From an uncultured Acidimicrobiaceae bacterium (lineage in GTDB: Bacteria > Actinomycetota > Acidimicrobiia > Acidimicrobiales > UBA8190): DNA of 64,000 nucleotides. The notes beneath the pieces were generated by a model that saw only the letters and a list, made by a program, of their open reading frames with translations, was not told the DNA's origin and searched no databases. Both the position numbers and the translations under genes were made by a program. The stretch lies in contig CAVTQZ010000001.1 in assembly GCA_963737015.1 (NCBI GenBank), forward strand, positions 1,375,772-1,439,771, written 5' to 3'. Positions 18,190 through 28,563 of this stretch are shown here, one piece after another (within the stretch, counting starts at the first letter, position 1; every line of letters starts with the position of its first letter).

Positions 18190-20619
18190 TTGGGGGCTCT
18201 GGGGTTCGTATTACGCGCTGATCTTCGCCATCGGTGGCGCTCCTGGATCGCTCTTTCCGTCCTGGTCGCGCTCGTGGGCGGCCTTGTCCTGGCCGCCATG
18301 GCCGCGGGGCGTCGCACCGAGTCCGCGTTCCCCCGCTTCGTCGCGTCCCGCGGCTTCGACGTCGTCGTGTACGCGGTGCAACCGATAGCCGGATTGAACA
18401 GGTTGCCGGGCGTTACTGAAGTCCGGGACTCGCTGGGTCCCTTCACCGGTCAACCCACTTGTAATTGCACCCACCCGATCAACTCGACGGACTTCGGCCT
18501 CATCGGCCTCGCGCCCGGAAGCCGTCCGACATACAAGCTCATCTCGGGGAATATTCCCGACCCCCGGGCGTCGGATCAGGTCCTGGCGTCGTTCACGCTG
18601 CAGGAGGACTCGGGAGTCCACATAGGAAGCGTCATCCATGTTCCCCTCTACGCTGCATCCCAGGTCGAAGCCGTGAACAACGCGACCGGGGCTCCGCCCA
18701 CCCCCGGAGGGCCTACCGTCACATTGAAGGTCGTGGGCATCGCGGCGAGCGAGTACGAGTTCCCTTCCGGAAATACTCCGAGCTACGACCTGTACACGAC
18801 ACCCGCCTTCCAGAAGAAGCTGGAGCCGAAAATTGCCGTTGGCTATGTGTACTTCGTCAACCTGCGCGACGGGGCGGCCGGTGTCCCTCGTTTCGTCGCC
18901 CAAGCGAGCGCTGCAAGTCCCGCTGGCTTCGGCGGGTCACAGAGCGAGGATGCTCTAGTCGAAGCTGTGGAAAGAGCAATCCACCCTCAAGCCGTCGGCT
19001 GGTGGGTTCTAGCCGGACTCTCCGCCTTTGTGGGGATCGCGGTCCTCGGTCAGGCGCTCTTCCGACAGAGCAATGCGGAGAGCGAGAGTTATCCGACCAT
19101 CACCGCCCTCGGTGGAAGTCGACGCTTGCTCTTCGGCTTGGCGATGGCGCGCACGCTCGCCATCTCGCTCGTCGGGGGCCTCGGGGCCGTCCTCGTTGCC
19201 ACGCTGCTCTCCCCAATCGCCCCTCTCGGCGAGGCGCGCACCGCTGAGGTGTCGACCGGGATCAACTTCGACGTCCCCGTCCTGACGATCGGCGCACTCG
19301 GGATCGTGGGGGTCGTGCTGTGTCTCGGAATCTGGCCGGCACTTCGGGCTTCGCGAACCTCGCGAACCGGGAACCGCGCCCGCACGTCGCGCCCTTCGGT
19401 CGTCGTAGCGCGGCTGGCAGCCCTCGGTGCACCGCCGAGCGCTGTAGTGGGAGTGCGTCACGCCCTCGAAAGCCGAAGTGGAGGATCCAGCGTTCCCGTC
19501 GGCAGCGCCATCGCCGGCACCATCCTCGCGATCACCGCCCTTTGCGGGACCGTGGTCTTCGGGGCGAGCTTGTCCCACCTGACGGCAACGCCGAAGCTCT
19601 ACGGAACAGATTTCCAGCTCAATTTCAGCGACACGGCGGGGGGAAATGGCGGACCGAACGCTGCGCTCCTGGCGGAACTCCGACACGATCGCAACGTCAC
19701 CGGTATCACAGAGGGCATCGCGGTCGAAGTTGCGGTGAACAACGCCGCCGTCGGTGCGATCGCGGCCACTGCTTTGAAAGGCCGGTTGCCCTTCTCGACC
19801 GTCAACGGTCATCTACCGAACGGCGATGGAGAGATCGGGCTTGGAGCAGCCACCATGCGCGAAGCGCACGCTTCTTTGGGCTCAGACGTCCACGTCACGT
19901 TCGTCCTTCCTTCAGGACAGAGACGGACCGTGGCGTTCCGTGTCGTCTCCACCGTCTCGTTGCCGGTCCTGGGCGGAGTCGTCGGTCTTGGCACGGGAGC
20001 GATGTTCACCCTTAAAGGCTACGAGGACGCGTTGTGCTCCTCCGAACCCCCGCAGTCCCCATGCCGAGCTGCGGTTACAAGTGGTCACGACGGGGGCGTT
20101 CTCGCGTCGATCACGAAGGGCCCCGAGCAGGCAGGGGAAGTGAACCACTACCTCGCGTCGTACCAGGCGATCGCCGCCTTACCAGTCACTCCGACCTCGC
20201 TCGTGAACTTCGGCGAGGCCGTGAACTTCCCGTTGATCTTCGGAGGCATCCTCGCCGTCTTCGGTATTGCAACACTCGTTCATCTTCTGATCGTGAGCGT
20301 GGCGCGCAGGAGACGAGAGATCGGGCTTCTGAAGGTCCTCGGATTCGTTAATCGCCAGGCAGGTGCCACCGTGGCGTGGCAGGCGACCACCTTTACGGGC
20401 ATCGGCGTCATCGTCGGCATCCCGCTCGGCGTCATCGTCGGTGAAGCGGTGTGGCGGGCGTTCTCCTCGAACCTCGGTGCGGTGCCCGTCTCCATCGTGC
20501 CCGTTTCACTGATCACGGTCCTTGTGGCCGGCTCTGTCGTTGCGGGCAATCTGATCGCGCTGCTTCCAGCAGCTGCCGCCACTCGGTCTAAGCCCCAATC
20601 GCTGCTTCGGGCCCAATAG
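18190..20619 (+). CDS. FtsX-like ABC transporter permease (MacB-type, two FtsX domains)
   Basis: 809 aa with TTG start; N-terminal TM helix, large extracytoplasmic domain, two 4-TM FtsX modules. No adjacent ABC ATPase gene. Confidence 0.75.
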   Translation: MGALGFVLRADLRHRWRSWIALSVLVALVGGLVLAAMAAGRRTESAFPRFVASRGFDVVVYAVQPIAGLNRLPGVTEVRDSLGPFTGQPTCNCTHPINSTDFGLIGLAPGSRPTYKLISGNIPDPRASDQVLASFTLQEDSGVHIGSVIHVPLYAASQVEAVNNATGAPPTPGGPTVTLKVVGIAASEYEFPSGNTPSYDLYTTPAFQKKLEPKIAVGYVYFVNLRDGAAGVPRFVAQASAASPAGFGGSQSEDALVEAVERAIHPQAVGWWVLAGLSAFVGIAVLGQALFRQSNAESESYPTITALGGSRRLLFGLAMARTLAISLVGGLGAVLVATLLSPIAPLGEARTAEVSTGINFDVPVLTIGALGIVGVVLCLGIWPALRASRTSRTGNRARTSRPSVVVARLAALGAPPSAVVGVRHALESRSGGSSVPVGSAIAGTILAITALCGTVVFGASLSHLTATPKLYGTDFQLNFSDTAGGNGGPNAALLAELRHDRNVTGITEGIAVEVAVNNAAVGAIAATALKGRLPFSTVNGHLPNGDGEIGLGAATMREAHASLGSDVHVTFVLPSGQRRTVAFRVVSTVSLPVLGGVVGLGTGAMFTLKGYEDALCSSEPPQSPCRAAVTSGHDGGVLASITKGPEQAGEVNHYLASYQAIAALPVTPTSLVNFGEAVNFPLIFGGILAVFGIATLVHLLIVSVARRRREIGLLKVLGFVNRQAGATVAWQATTFTGIGVIVGIPLGVIVGEAVWRAFSSNLGAVPVSIVPVSLITVLVAGSVVAGNLIALLPAAAATRSKPQSLLRAQ

Positions 20620-20652
20620 GGCTGAGCGACGTTCGATGAATCCCCCTTCGCG

Positions 20653-23064
20653 CTAACGGGTCGGATCGGCTTCGGCCGTCTCGGGTCCGGCTATCAGCTC
20701 GTACTCCGGGTTCAGTATCGCCAACGAGCCCTGCCATGCACCCACGGTTCCCTGGGCGACGAGCTTTACGCCCTGCTGCACACCCGGGATGCGGCGACGA
20801 CCCTGGAACACCAGAAGAATCGCTCCCGTCGAGTCGATGAGGGTGCACTCGAGATTCGCTGTGGCAGCCCCCGTGGGGACTCGTATCGAACGCACCCTGC
20901 CCGCAACCCGGACGCGGTCGCGCCATTTCACTTCGGCGATCGGTGTCGTACCGGCGACCTGAGGAGTTAGGTCCGCCTCGTTCCGATGATCCGAACGCGG
21001 CCGGCGCGGAGCCACCCGCTCGATCGCACGGGGGCGCAGTCTCGACCCGCCGCCCGAGAGCTGGAAGGGGACGATCGTGGCGTTCGCGTGTGGGAGCTGG
21101 GATACCGCGGCAGCGATCCTGTCGGCGGTCTTGTCATGGAGGACCCGTCGCCATCCCGTCGCGAAGCCTCTTCTCGGCAGAAGGATCGAAAGCTCGGTGT
21201 CGCCCTGAGCGAGGATCTCTGCTGCGAGCTCCAGGGCTGCGCGCGCCAGTCTCCGGTCGGGACAATCCACGATCTCCAGCGGTAGAGCAGACAATCCGAG
21301 TCTGCTCCACTCCGATTCGAGCTTTTCGGATTCTCGAGGATCCACGGCGAAGTGCACGGCGCGCAGCTCGTCGGGCGTCAGCGTCCGGGCGTACTGCAGT
21401 GCCCTCGCCGTGGCGAGATCGAGTCTGTCGACCAAGACGATCACGACGTGACGGCGAAGCACCGGTACCTCGCACGCCTGTGCAGCTTCCACCTCGAGCT
21501 CCGTGGACTCCTTCGCATACTGGCGGTTCAAGCGCAGTAGCAACAGAAAGAGCACCGGTCCTGCAACCACGACCAACCAGGCACCTTCTACGAACTTGAA
21601 AATTGCGAAGATCAGAACCACAACCGCAGAGAGCACTGCAGCGGAGCCGTTTATCACCAGCCGAATCCGCCACCCCGGCTCGCGAAGAGTCCTGTGGTGC
21701 TTCACCATCCCCGCCCCCGCCATTGTGAAGCCAGTGAACACGCCGATCGCGTACAGCGCTACGAGTGCGGTGAGGTTCGCATTGGTGCCCACGACCAACG
21801 CGATGCCGACGATCGCCAGGACGACGATGCCGTTGGAGAAAGCGAGCCTGTGACCCCGTCTGGTCAACTGGCGCGGAAGGAACGAGTCTTCGGCGACGAA
21901 ACTTGCAAGATAGGGAAAGCCGTTGAAGCTCGTGTTGCCGCCGGTGAAGAGGATGAGAATCGTCGCGATCAGGACCACGTCCCTGAGCGCTTCCCCGATG
22001 CCGTGGCGACCGAACACCCATCCTGTCACCTGCGCCACGACAGTGGGCGAGCCGGCGGTGTACGGAGCGGCGTGTGACCAGTGAGCCAGGAAGGTCACGC
22101 CGAGCACGAGGAAGCCCAGAACCGAGCTCATGATCACGAGGGTGACCCGCCCGTTACGAGCCTCAGGACGGCGGAACGCTCCGATCGAATTCGATATGGC
22201 TTCGAGGCCGGTGAGCGACGAACCACCGTTGGCGACGCCGCGCAGAATCGCTGTAATCGCGGCGAACTCGATCAATCCGCTGTGATGCCCGAAGGGGAGC
22301 ATTCCTGCCTGACGGGTAATCTGCGCCGGGACGTCCCCGAGAACCTCTCTCAAGAGGCCGACGATCACCACCGATCCGAGTCCGAAGACGAACAAATAGG
22401 TGGGAAGTGCAAAGACCCGAGCGCCCTCCCGAAGCCCCCGGAGGTTGCCGTAACAGAGGATGACGATCACTGCGACAGTGATCGGGACGGTGTAGGGCGT
22501 GAGCCTCGGAATCAAAGACGTAAGCGCGTCGGTGCCCGCCGTACATTGCACCGCGACGGTGACGGTGTAATCGATCAGAAGGGCCACCGCAGCGATTTGC
22601 GCGATCCGCGGGCCGAAATTGTCGCGTGCAACCACGTACGACCCGCCCGCCTTGGTGTACACCTTTATGACTTCCAGGTACGACAGCGTCACGAATACCA
22701 GCACCCCCAGGATGACGAACGTGACGGGAAGCAGGAGTGAGAACGCGGCGATACCGAACCACGGCAGGAGCTGCGTGAGCATCTGCTCCGTGCCGTATGC
22801 GGAAGACGAGATCATGTCGGGGGCGAGCACACCCAGCCCCGCCAGCTTGCCGAGGCGCTCGGTTGCTTGACGCTCACTGGCGAGCGGCGGACCCAAAACG
22901 GCGTTCTTGAGGCGGTACCGCAGAGTCTCGGGCAGCTTGAGGGAGTCGGGACCAGGCAGGGCTTCAGGCACAAACCTGTGGTCGGGCTTCAGGCGTACCG
23001 TTTCGGAGGCTCTCCCCTCTCCGTCGTCGCCGGCGGTCTCGGCGTTCAGCCCTGCCCTTTCCAT
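20653..23064 (-). CDS. APC-superfamily amino acid/polyamine permease with ~300-aa C-terminal cytoplasmic extension
   Basis: 12-TM permease core followed by a soluble C-terminal region. Synteny with the downstream trkA-like pair resembles mycobacterial Rv2690c-ceoB-ceoC. Confidence 0.75.
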   Translation of the reverse strand: MERAGLNAETAGDDGEGRASETVRLKPDHRFVPEALPGPDSLKLPETLRYRLKNAVLGPPLASERQATERLGKLAGLGVLAPDMISSSAYGTEQMLTQLLPWFGIAAFSLLLPVTFVILGVLVFVTLSYLEVIKVYTKAGGSYVVARDNFGPRIAQIAAVALLIDYTVTVAVQCTAGTDALTSLIPRLTPYTVPITVAVIVILCYGNLRGLREGARVFALPTYLFVFGLGSVVIVGLLREVLGDVPAQITRQAGMLPFGHHSGLIEFAAITAILRGVANGGSSLTGLEAISNSIGAFRRPEARNGRVTLVIMSSVLGFLVLGVTFLAHWSHAAPYTAGSPTVVAQVTGWVFGRHGIGEALRDVVLIATILILFTGGNTSFNGFPYLASFVAEDSFLPRQLTRRGHRLAFSNGIVVLAIVGIALVVGTNANLTALVALYAIGVFTGFTMAGAGMVKHHRTLREPGWRIRLVINGSAAVLSAVVVLIFAIFKFVEGAWLVVVAGPVLFLLLLRLNRQYAKESTELEVEAAQACEVPVLRRHVVIVLVDRLDLATARALQYARTLTPDELRAVHFAVDPRESEKLESEWSRLGLSALPLEIVDCPDRRLARAALELAAEILAQGDTELSILLPRRGFATGWRRVLHDKTADRIAAAVSQLPHANATIVPFQLSGGGSRLRPRAIERVAPRRPRSDHRNEADLTPQVAGTTPIAEVKWRDRVRVAGRVRSIRVPTGAATANLECTLIDSTGAILLVFQGRRRIPGVQQGVKLVAQGTVGAWQGSLAILNPEYELIAGPETAEADPTR

Positions 23065-23228
23065 CGATTCACCTAAGCACGTTTTCGGGCAGCTCTAGTG
23101 ACACCGAAGGGGTGCGGAGGGCCAAAGGGGCTCTCAGAGTGCGGCGGCCCCGGAAAGCTCGGAGATCCCCGGGGGAAGATCCGGGGAAGAATTGTCACAG
23201 CGGGTAAGGCCGTGTTGCATATGACCCC

Positions 23229-23900
23229 ATGCACGTCGTGATAGTGGGTTGTGGCCGGGTGGGCTCCGGTCTCGCCGTCGAATTGGCCGATGGCGGTCAC
23301 AGCGTCTCGATCATCGACAAATCACCCAAAGCGTTTCGCCGCCTCCCTCCCTCATGGAAAGGCGAGGCGGTCATAGGTTCCGGCTTCGATCGGCACGTGC
23401 TCGACCACGCGGGCGCAGGAAGGGCTGATGCACTCGCAGCGGTCACAAGCGGCGACAACTCGAACATTCTCACGGCCCGCATCGCGCGTGAGGCCTATTC
23501 GATACCGAACGTCGTAGCGCGGATTTACGACCCGAAGAGGGCGGAGATCTATCAGCGCCTCGGGATCCCCACCGTCGCGACCGTGACGTGGACGATCGAC
23601 CAGGTGATCCGCAGGCTCATTCCCGATGCGATCGTCGGCGAGTGGTCCGACCCGAGCGGGTTGATGCTCCTGGTCGAGAGGCAGATCCCCGAGAGCTGGG
23701 CAGCCCGCAAGCTCGGAGACCTGGGCATGGCCGGAAAAGCCCGCCTGGTGGCCGTGACACGTTCCGGGGTGCCGCGTCTCGATGTGAAAGAACTCGTTGG
23801 TCAAGAGGGCGACGTCCTTCACATCGCCGTCCTGAAAGAGGCCTTGGCTGATCTCGAGCGCCTAATGCCTGGTTCGGAGCGCGACGGGGAGGCTCCTTGA
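23229..23900 (+). CDS. trkA: TrkA-like K+ uptake NAD-binding protein (CeoB-like)
   Basis: VIVGCGRVGSGLA Rossmann motif plus TrkA_C domain; 223 aa. Confidence 0.8.
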   Translation: MHVVIVGCGRVGSGLAVELADGGHSVSIIDKSPKAFRRLPPSWKGEAVIGSGFDRHVLDHAGAGRADALAAVTSGDNSNILTARIAREAYSIPNVVARIYDPKRAEIYQRLGIPTVATVTWTIDQVIRRLIPDAIVGEWSDPSGLMLLVERQIPESWAARKLGDLGMAGKARLVAVTRSGVPRLDVKELVGQEGDVLHIAVLKEALADLERLMPGSERDGEAP

Positions 23901-24559
23901 AAGTCGCGATAGCGGGCGCGGGGAACGTCGGCACCTCGATCGCAATGGACCTCCACAAAAACGGCCACGAGGTTCTCCTATTGGAGAAAGACCCAGACCT
24001 CGTCGAGAGGCTGCGACCGCAGTTGGAGGTGCGAATCGTCGCAGCAGACGCGTGCGAAGTGAGCTCGTTGGTTAGTGCTGGGATGGCTGATGTCGACGTG
24101 GCTGTAGCCGCCACGGGAGACGACGAGGACAATCTCGTGATCTCACTCTTGTCGAAACAGGAATTCGCAGTTCCTCGGGTCCTGGCGCGGGTGAACAATC
24201 CCGACAACCAGTGGCTTTTCAACGAGTCCTGGGGGGTTGACATCCCGGTTTCCACTCCGCAGTTGATCACCGCCCTCGTGGAGGAGGCGGTCTCCGTCGG
24301 CTCGCTCGTTCGCCTTCTTCAATTCGGAGGAGGAAAAGCGAATCTCTTCGAAGTGACACTCGCCGAAGGCTCCCCCGCTGACGGTCGAGCCTTGTCTGAC
24401 CTGGAACTGCCGCGCGACGCCACGGTCGTGGCCGTCGTGCGAAACGGTCGGCTCGTCGTGCCCCGAGGAGACACAGTTCTCAATGTTGGAGACGAGGTCC
24501 TCGCCCTCGTGGTCGGAGACGCAGAAGCAGAGGTCCGGCGGTTACTCGTGGAGGAATAA
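23897..24559 (+). CDS. trkA: TrkA-like K+ uptake NAD-binding protein (CeoC-like)
   Basis: AIAGAGNVGTSIA Rossmann motif; 4-nt overlap with the upstream trkA-like gene. Confidence 0.8.
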   Translation: MKVAIAGAGNVGTSIAMDLHKNGHEVLLLEKDPDLVERLRPQLEVRIVAADACEVSSLVSAGMADVDVAVAATGDDEDNLVISLLSKQEFAVPRVLARVNNPDNQWLFNESWGVDIPVSTPQLITALVEEAVSVGSLVRLLQFGGGKANLFEVTLAEGSPADGRALSDLELPRDATVVAVVRNGRLVVPRGDTVLNVGDEVLALVVGDAEAEVRRLLVEE

Positions 24560-24586
24560 CGCCTTTGGCTGACCCGGGAGGTGCGG

Positions 24587-25429
24587 ATGGAGTTCGCCAA
24601 CGCTGAACAAGCTGAGTTCTGGTCGAGCCGGGCCCCGTCCTGGCTGGAGATGGAAGACCACCTCGAACGGATCTCGGGCGTTCCGGGACGACTCGCCATG
24701 GATCGCCTTTCGTTACGAAGCCCACAGCGCGTTCTCGACCTCGGATGCGGAGGCGGACGGACAACGATGGAGCTCGCCGCTCGAGTCTCGCCGGAGGGTG
24801 ATGCGCTGGGAGTAGATATCTCGGGCGAGATGGTCGCTGCAGCCGGCAGACGGTCGGAGCGTCAAGAGGTCGGCAACGTCGATTTCATTCAGGCCGACTT
24901 GCAAGTCCATGATCTCGGCGAGGAAAAGTTCGACGCCGCATACTCACGCTTCGGGATCATGTTCTTCGCTGATCCTGTCGTTGCGTTCACCAACGTTCGA
25001 AGAGCCCTTCGCCGCGGTGGAGAGCTCGCCTTCGTGTGTTGGCAGAACGTCTTCGAGAACGAGTGGATGCTCGTTCCCGGGATGGCTGCGATGTCGGTTC
25101 TCGGGCCTGTGCCGATGCCCGATCCGGAGGCGCCGGGACCGTTCTCGCTCGCCGACCCGGCACGCATCACGACGATCCTCGGAGATTCAGGATTCTCCGA
25201 TGTGGAGGTTGTTCCTCGAAACGACTTCGTCACGGTCGACGAGAGCCTCGTTCCCCAGTTCGTGGAGACGAGCACCAGCGTGGGCGCGGTACGAGAAGCC
25301 CTCGTAGGGACGGACGAGGCGACCCGACAGGAAGTTCTGCGTGCCATCGACGAGTCATTTCGATCGCGCCTGCGAGACGGTAGGGCCCAGGTCACCCGGG
25401 CCTTTCATCTTGTGTCCGCAAAAGCCTGA
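24587..25429 (+). CDS. Class I SAM-dependent methyltransferase
   Basis: VLDLGCGGG motif I; gggagg RBS 6 nt upstream of ATG 24587 (alternative GTG 24581). Confidence 0.7.
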   Translation: MEFANAEQAEFWSSRAPSWLEMEDHLERISGVPGRLAMDRLSLRSPQRVLDLGCGGGRTTMELAARVSPEGDALGVDISGEMVAAAGRRSERQEVGNVDFIQADLQVHDLGEEKFDAAYSRFGIMFFADPVVAFTNVRRALRRGGELAFVCWQNVFENEWMLVPGMAAMSVLGPVPMPDPEAPGPFSLADPARITTILGDSGFSDVEVVPRNDFVTVDESLVPQFVETSTSVGAVREALVGTDEATRQEVLRAIDESFRSRLRDGRAQVTRAFHLVSAKA

Positions 25430-25430
25430 G

Positions 25431-26288
25431 ATGAAGCTCGGCAAGGTCGGAGTCTGGTGGAGCGGCTCCTGGAAAGTCGACGCAGGGACGCCACCTCACG
25501 CCCGGGATATCGAATCGCTCGGCTACGGGGCCATCTGGTCCTCTGGGGGCTTCAACCCCGGCTTATCGGGACGTTTCGGGCGTCTACTCGCAGAGACCGA
25601 CCGCATCGCGGTCGCGAGCGGGATCGTCAATATCTGGAGAGCCTCACCCGAGGAGGTCACGAGCGCGACGCTGGACCTGGAGAGGAACTTCCCCGGGCGT
25701 TTCCTACTGGGGCTTGGCGTCAGCCACGCTCCTCTCATCGAGACTTACTCCCAGCCCTACGCCAACATGGTCCGGTACCTGGATGCGCTCGACGCGATGA
25801 GCCCGTCGGTCCCAAAAGACAGGCGCGTTCTCGCAGCTCTGCGTCCACGGATGCTCGAGCTCGCTGCGACACGAGCCGCGGGAGCCCATCCCTATTTCGT
25901 GCCGCTAGAGCACACGGCCTTCGCCCGCGTCCGCATGGGCGCAGGTCCGCTGCTGGCCCCGGAGGTCACGGTCGTTCTCGAGCGCGACGCGTCGAAGGCC
26001 CGCGGGCTCGCGCGCTCATTCGCATCGGGCTACCTCACGCTGCGGAACTATGTGGAGAATCTCCGTGATCTCGGTTACTCCGAGACGGACTTCGCAGGAG
26101 GTGGAAGCGACCGCCTTATCGACGCGGTCGTCGCGTGGGGAGACGTAGAGACCGTGTGTTCGCGAATCCGCAACCACCACGAGGCCGGAGCTGATCATGT
26201 CTGCGTCCAGGTGGTGTCCGCAGGATCGGATTTCCCGACGAGCGCCTACCGGGAGCTGGCCGCGGCATTGGTTGCCGGGCGGGGTTGA
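25431..26288 (+). CDS. LLM-class (luciferase-like) F420-dependent oxidoreductase
   Basis: MKLGKVGVWW...; TIM-barrel LLM signature. Starts 2 nt after the preceding stop. Confidence 0.7.
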   Translation: MKLGKVGVWWSGSWKVDAGTPPHARDIESLGYGAIWSSGGFNPGLSGRFGRLLAETDRIAVASGIVNIWRASPEEVTSATLDLERNFPGRFLLGLGVSHAPLIETYSQPYANMVRYLDALDAMSPSVPKDRRVLAALRPRMLELAATRAAGAHPYFVPLEHTAFARVRMGAGPLLAPEVTVVLERDASKARGLARSFASGYLTLRNYVENLRDLGYSETDFAGGGSDRLIDAVVAWGDVETVCSRIRNHHEAGADHVCVQVVSAGSDFPTSAYRELAAALVAGRG

Positions 26289-26292
26289 GGAG

Positions 26293-26865
26293 GTGGTCGG
26301 TGTCGAATTGCTGACCCTCGGGCACGGCACGTTGCCTCAGGAGGAGTTCGCCGATCTTGTCCGGCGCGCTGATCTCGAATTGCTGGTCGATGTGCGAACC
26401 GCTCCGGGTTCCCGCAGGCACCCGCACTTCGCCCGCGAGGCGATGGAAAGCTGGATTCCGGAGGCGGGGATCGCTTACCGCTGGGAACCGAGGCTCGGTG
26501 GCTGGCGCAAACCTCTTCCTGGTTCGCCGAACACAGCGCTGCGCAACGAATCGTTTCGCGGCTACGCAGACTACATGCGAAGTCCGCCTTTCTGGAATGC
26601 CCTCGACGAGGTGCTGGAGGAGGCTGCCCGGAGACGCACGGCGATCATGTGCTCGGAGTCGGTCTACTGGAGATGCCACCGTCGACTGGTATCCGATGCA
26701 GCGGTGCTCGGGCGCGACGTCGACGTCGTGCACCTTTCTCATGATGGTCGAACCTCGCCGCACCGCCTCACCGACGGAGTGCGCTCACAAGACGGACGAC
26801 CCGTCTACGACGTCGGCGCTCCCCGGCCCCTACCGGACACGCAGGTCGCCGCACCGGAACTGTGA
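26293..26865 (+). CDS. DUF488 family protein
   Basis: ELLTLGHGT...LVDVRTAPGSRRHP matches the DUF488 N-terminal signature. Start is GTG 26293 or TTG 26308. Confidence 0.55.
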   Translation: MVGVELLTLGHGTLPQEEFADLVRRADLELLVDVRTAPGSRRHPHFAREAMESWIPEAGIAYRWEPRLGGWRKPLPGSPNTALRNESFRGYADYMRSPPFWNALDEVLEEAARRRTAIMCSESVYWRCHRRLVSDAAVLGRDVDVVHLSHDGRTSPHRLTDGVRSQDGRPVYDVGAPRPLPDTQVAAPEL

Positions 26866-26896
26866 GGGGTTCCGCGGCGAGCATCCAAGCGCTTTG

Positions 26897-27778
26897 TCAC
26901 TCGCGCCCGGCAAAGCGTTCTAGCAACCACCTGTGAACGTCCGGGATCCTTTCCATGAGGGTGAGGTGGCCGTCATCCTCGCTCAAGTTCGCTTCCGCGT
27001 TTGGAATCTGTCCGGACAACCACTCGCCGTGCCCAAAGGGCACGAAGCGGTCGTGTCGGCCGTGCCACAGGAGGACCGGTGAAGTGATCGAACCGAAGTC
27101 GAAACACCAGGGCCGGACGAAAGCGAACGAATCATCGATGTAACCGTCGGGGCTCGGGCGGAGCCCGAGATCCATGCTGTCGATGAGGAACCGGGCCAAG
27201 TCCCCGGTGGCCGCGCGGGCGTCGACGTCGGACAGAATCGTCGCCCACTGTTGAAGGAGGTCCTCCGGCTTGGCCTCGAGCAGCTCTTCGCGATCCCCGG
27301 CGGCCTTGCGCTCAAATGCCGCCGGATCCTCGAGGGACAGCTTCACGTCTTCGACATTCAGCTCGCCCATGCCGGCGAAATAGTCGAGTCCCGGGGCCCC
27401 GTACGGCGCGATCGATGCGAGCGATGCGGCCGCAACGACCAGGTCAGGGGCAGCTGCAGCGCAAGCAAGTGCATGCGGTCCACCGCCCGAGATGCCCCAA
27501 GTCAGGATGCGGTCGACGCCAAGTGCCTCGGCGATCGCCCGAACGTCTTGTGCAACGTCCGCAACTACGCGGCCGCGCTGGCGGGTCGAACCTCCGTAAC
27601 CAGGCCGGTCATAGCCGACAAGGCGGATCCCTTTCTCCTCTGCATCGGCGACGTGGCGCGGGAACAGCAACCTCGAACCCGGGGTTCCGTGGTGGACCAC
27701 GACGACCGGCCCGTCGGGATCTCCCGCTACTTCCAACTGCAGCTGCCGACCGCCGCGCAGCTCCAACGTCCGGTCCAT
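26897..27778 (-). CDS. Alpha/beta hydrolase
   Basis: HGTPGS oxyanion region and GISGGG nucleophile elbow. The ATG 27778 start (MDRTLEL) is preferred over the track start 27832. Confidence 0.7.
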   Translation of the reverse strand: MDRTLELRGGRQLQLEVAGDPDGPVVVVHHGTPGSRLLFPRHVADAEEKGIRLVGYDRPGYGGSTRQRGRVVADVAQDVRAIAEALGVDRILTWGISGGGPHALACAAAAPDLVVAAASLASIAPYGAPGLDYFAGMGELNVEDVKLSLEDPAAFERKAAGDREELLEAKPEDLLQQWATILSDVDARAATGDLARFLIDSMDLGLRPSPDGYIDDSFAFVRPWCFDFGSITSPVLLWHGRHDRFVPFGHGEWLSGQIPNAEANLSEDDGHLTLMERIPDVHRWLLERFAGRE

Positions 27779-27887
27779 TCGCCCCCCCTCGGGCTCTCGG
27801 GCGACGTCACCTCGCCGAACCCCCGCATACACCCAGACAGAGACTCTACCGAAGCAGGACTCCCTGCATCACTGACAGAGTGACGAC

Positions 27888-28433
27888 GTGGCAAGCGAGG
27901 AGGGGGAGCTTCAGACCCCGCGGTTGATCCTCCGTCATTGGTGTGAAGAGGACCTGGAACCCTTCGCCGCGATCAACGCCGATCCGATGGTGATGCGATA
28001 CCTGGGAGGTCGTGTCCTCACGAAACCGGAGTCTGACTCATTCGTCAAACGTGTCCGTCTCCACTTCGACGAACATGGCTTTGGTCTTTGGGCTGTCGAG
28101 GTGAAGCGCGCGGGCACGATGGTGGGATTCATCGGACTCGCTTATCCGCATTTCCTGCCCGAGATCATGCCAACGGTCGAGATCGGGTGGCGGCTGTCCA
28201 GAGAGTTCTGGGGAAGGGGTCTGGCGACCGAAGGCGCCGCCGAGTGCATGCGCTACGGCTTCGAATCGCTCGCGATCGACGCCCTCTGCAGCGTCCACGA
28301 TCCGAGGAACGTCGCCTCGCGTCGCGTCATGGAGAAGCTCGGGATGACTTTCGAGCGGGACACCGCCAGGCCCGACGACGGCCGTCCCGTCCGGGTGTTC
28401 AAGATCACACGTGAAGAGTGGCGGGGGCGCTAG
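27888..28433 (+). CDS. GNAT family N-acetyltransferase (RimJ/RimL-like)
   Basis: 181 aa; WGRGLATEGA acetyl-CoA binding motif. Confidence 0.75.
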   Translation: MASEEGELQTPRLILRHWCEEDLEPFAAINADPMVMRYLGGRVLTKPESDSFVKRVRLHFDEHGFGLWAVEVKRAGTMVGFIGLAYPHFLPEIMPTVEIGWRLSREFWGRGLATEGAAECMRYGFESLAIDALCSVHDPRNVASRRVMEKLGMTFERDTARPDDGRPVRVFKITREEWRGR

Positions 28434-28563
28434 CGATCCCGTGGACACGGGCCTTCGCCTCGTACATCATCAGGTCAGCACGTTTTCAGCACCGCTTCGG
28501 CGGATTCGTCAGGCGCCCCGACGGCGAACCCTATGCTCGCGCTCGCGCCCCTACCGTCCGCCT

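Noticed and set aside
19009-19812. 267-aa minus-strand ORF inside the FtsX permease gene
   Set aside because: Antisense to a well-supported membrane permease; Arg/Gly/Asp-rich composition.
28434-28460. Possible terminator hairpin (cccgtgGAcacggg) after the GNAT gene
   Set aside because: Stem of only 5-6 bp with a 2-4-nt loop and no U-tract; too weak to call, although convergent genes end on both sides.
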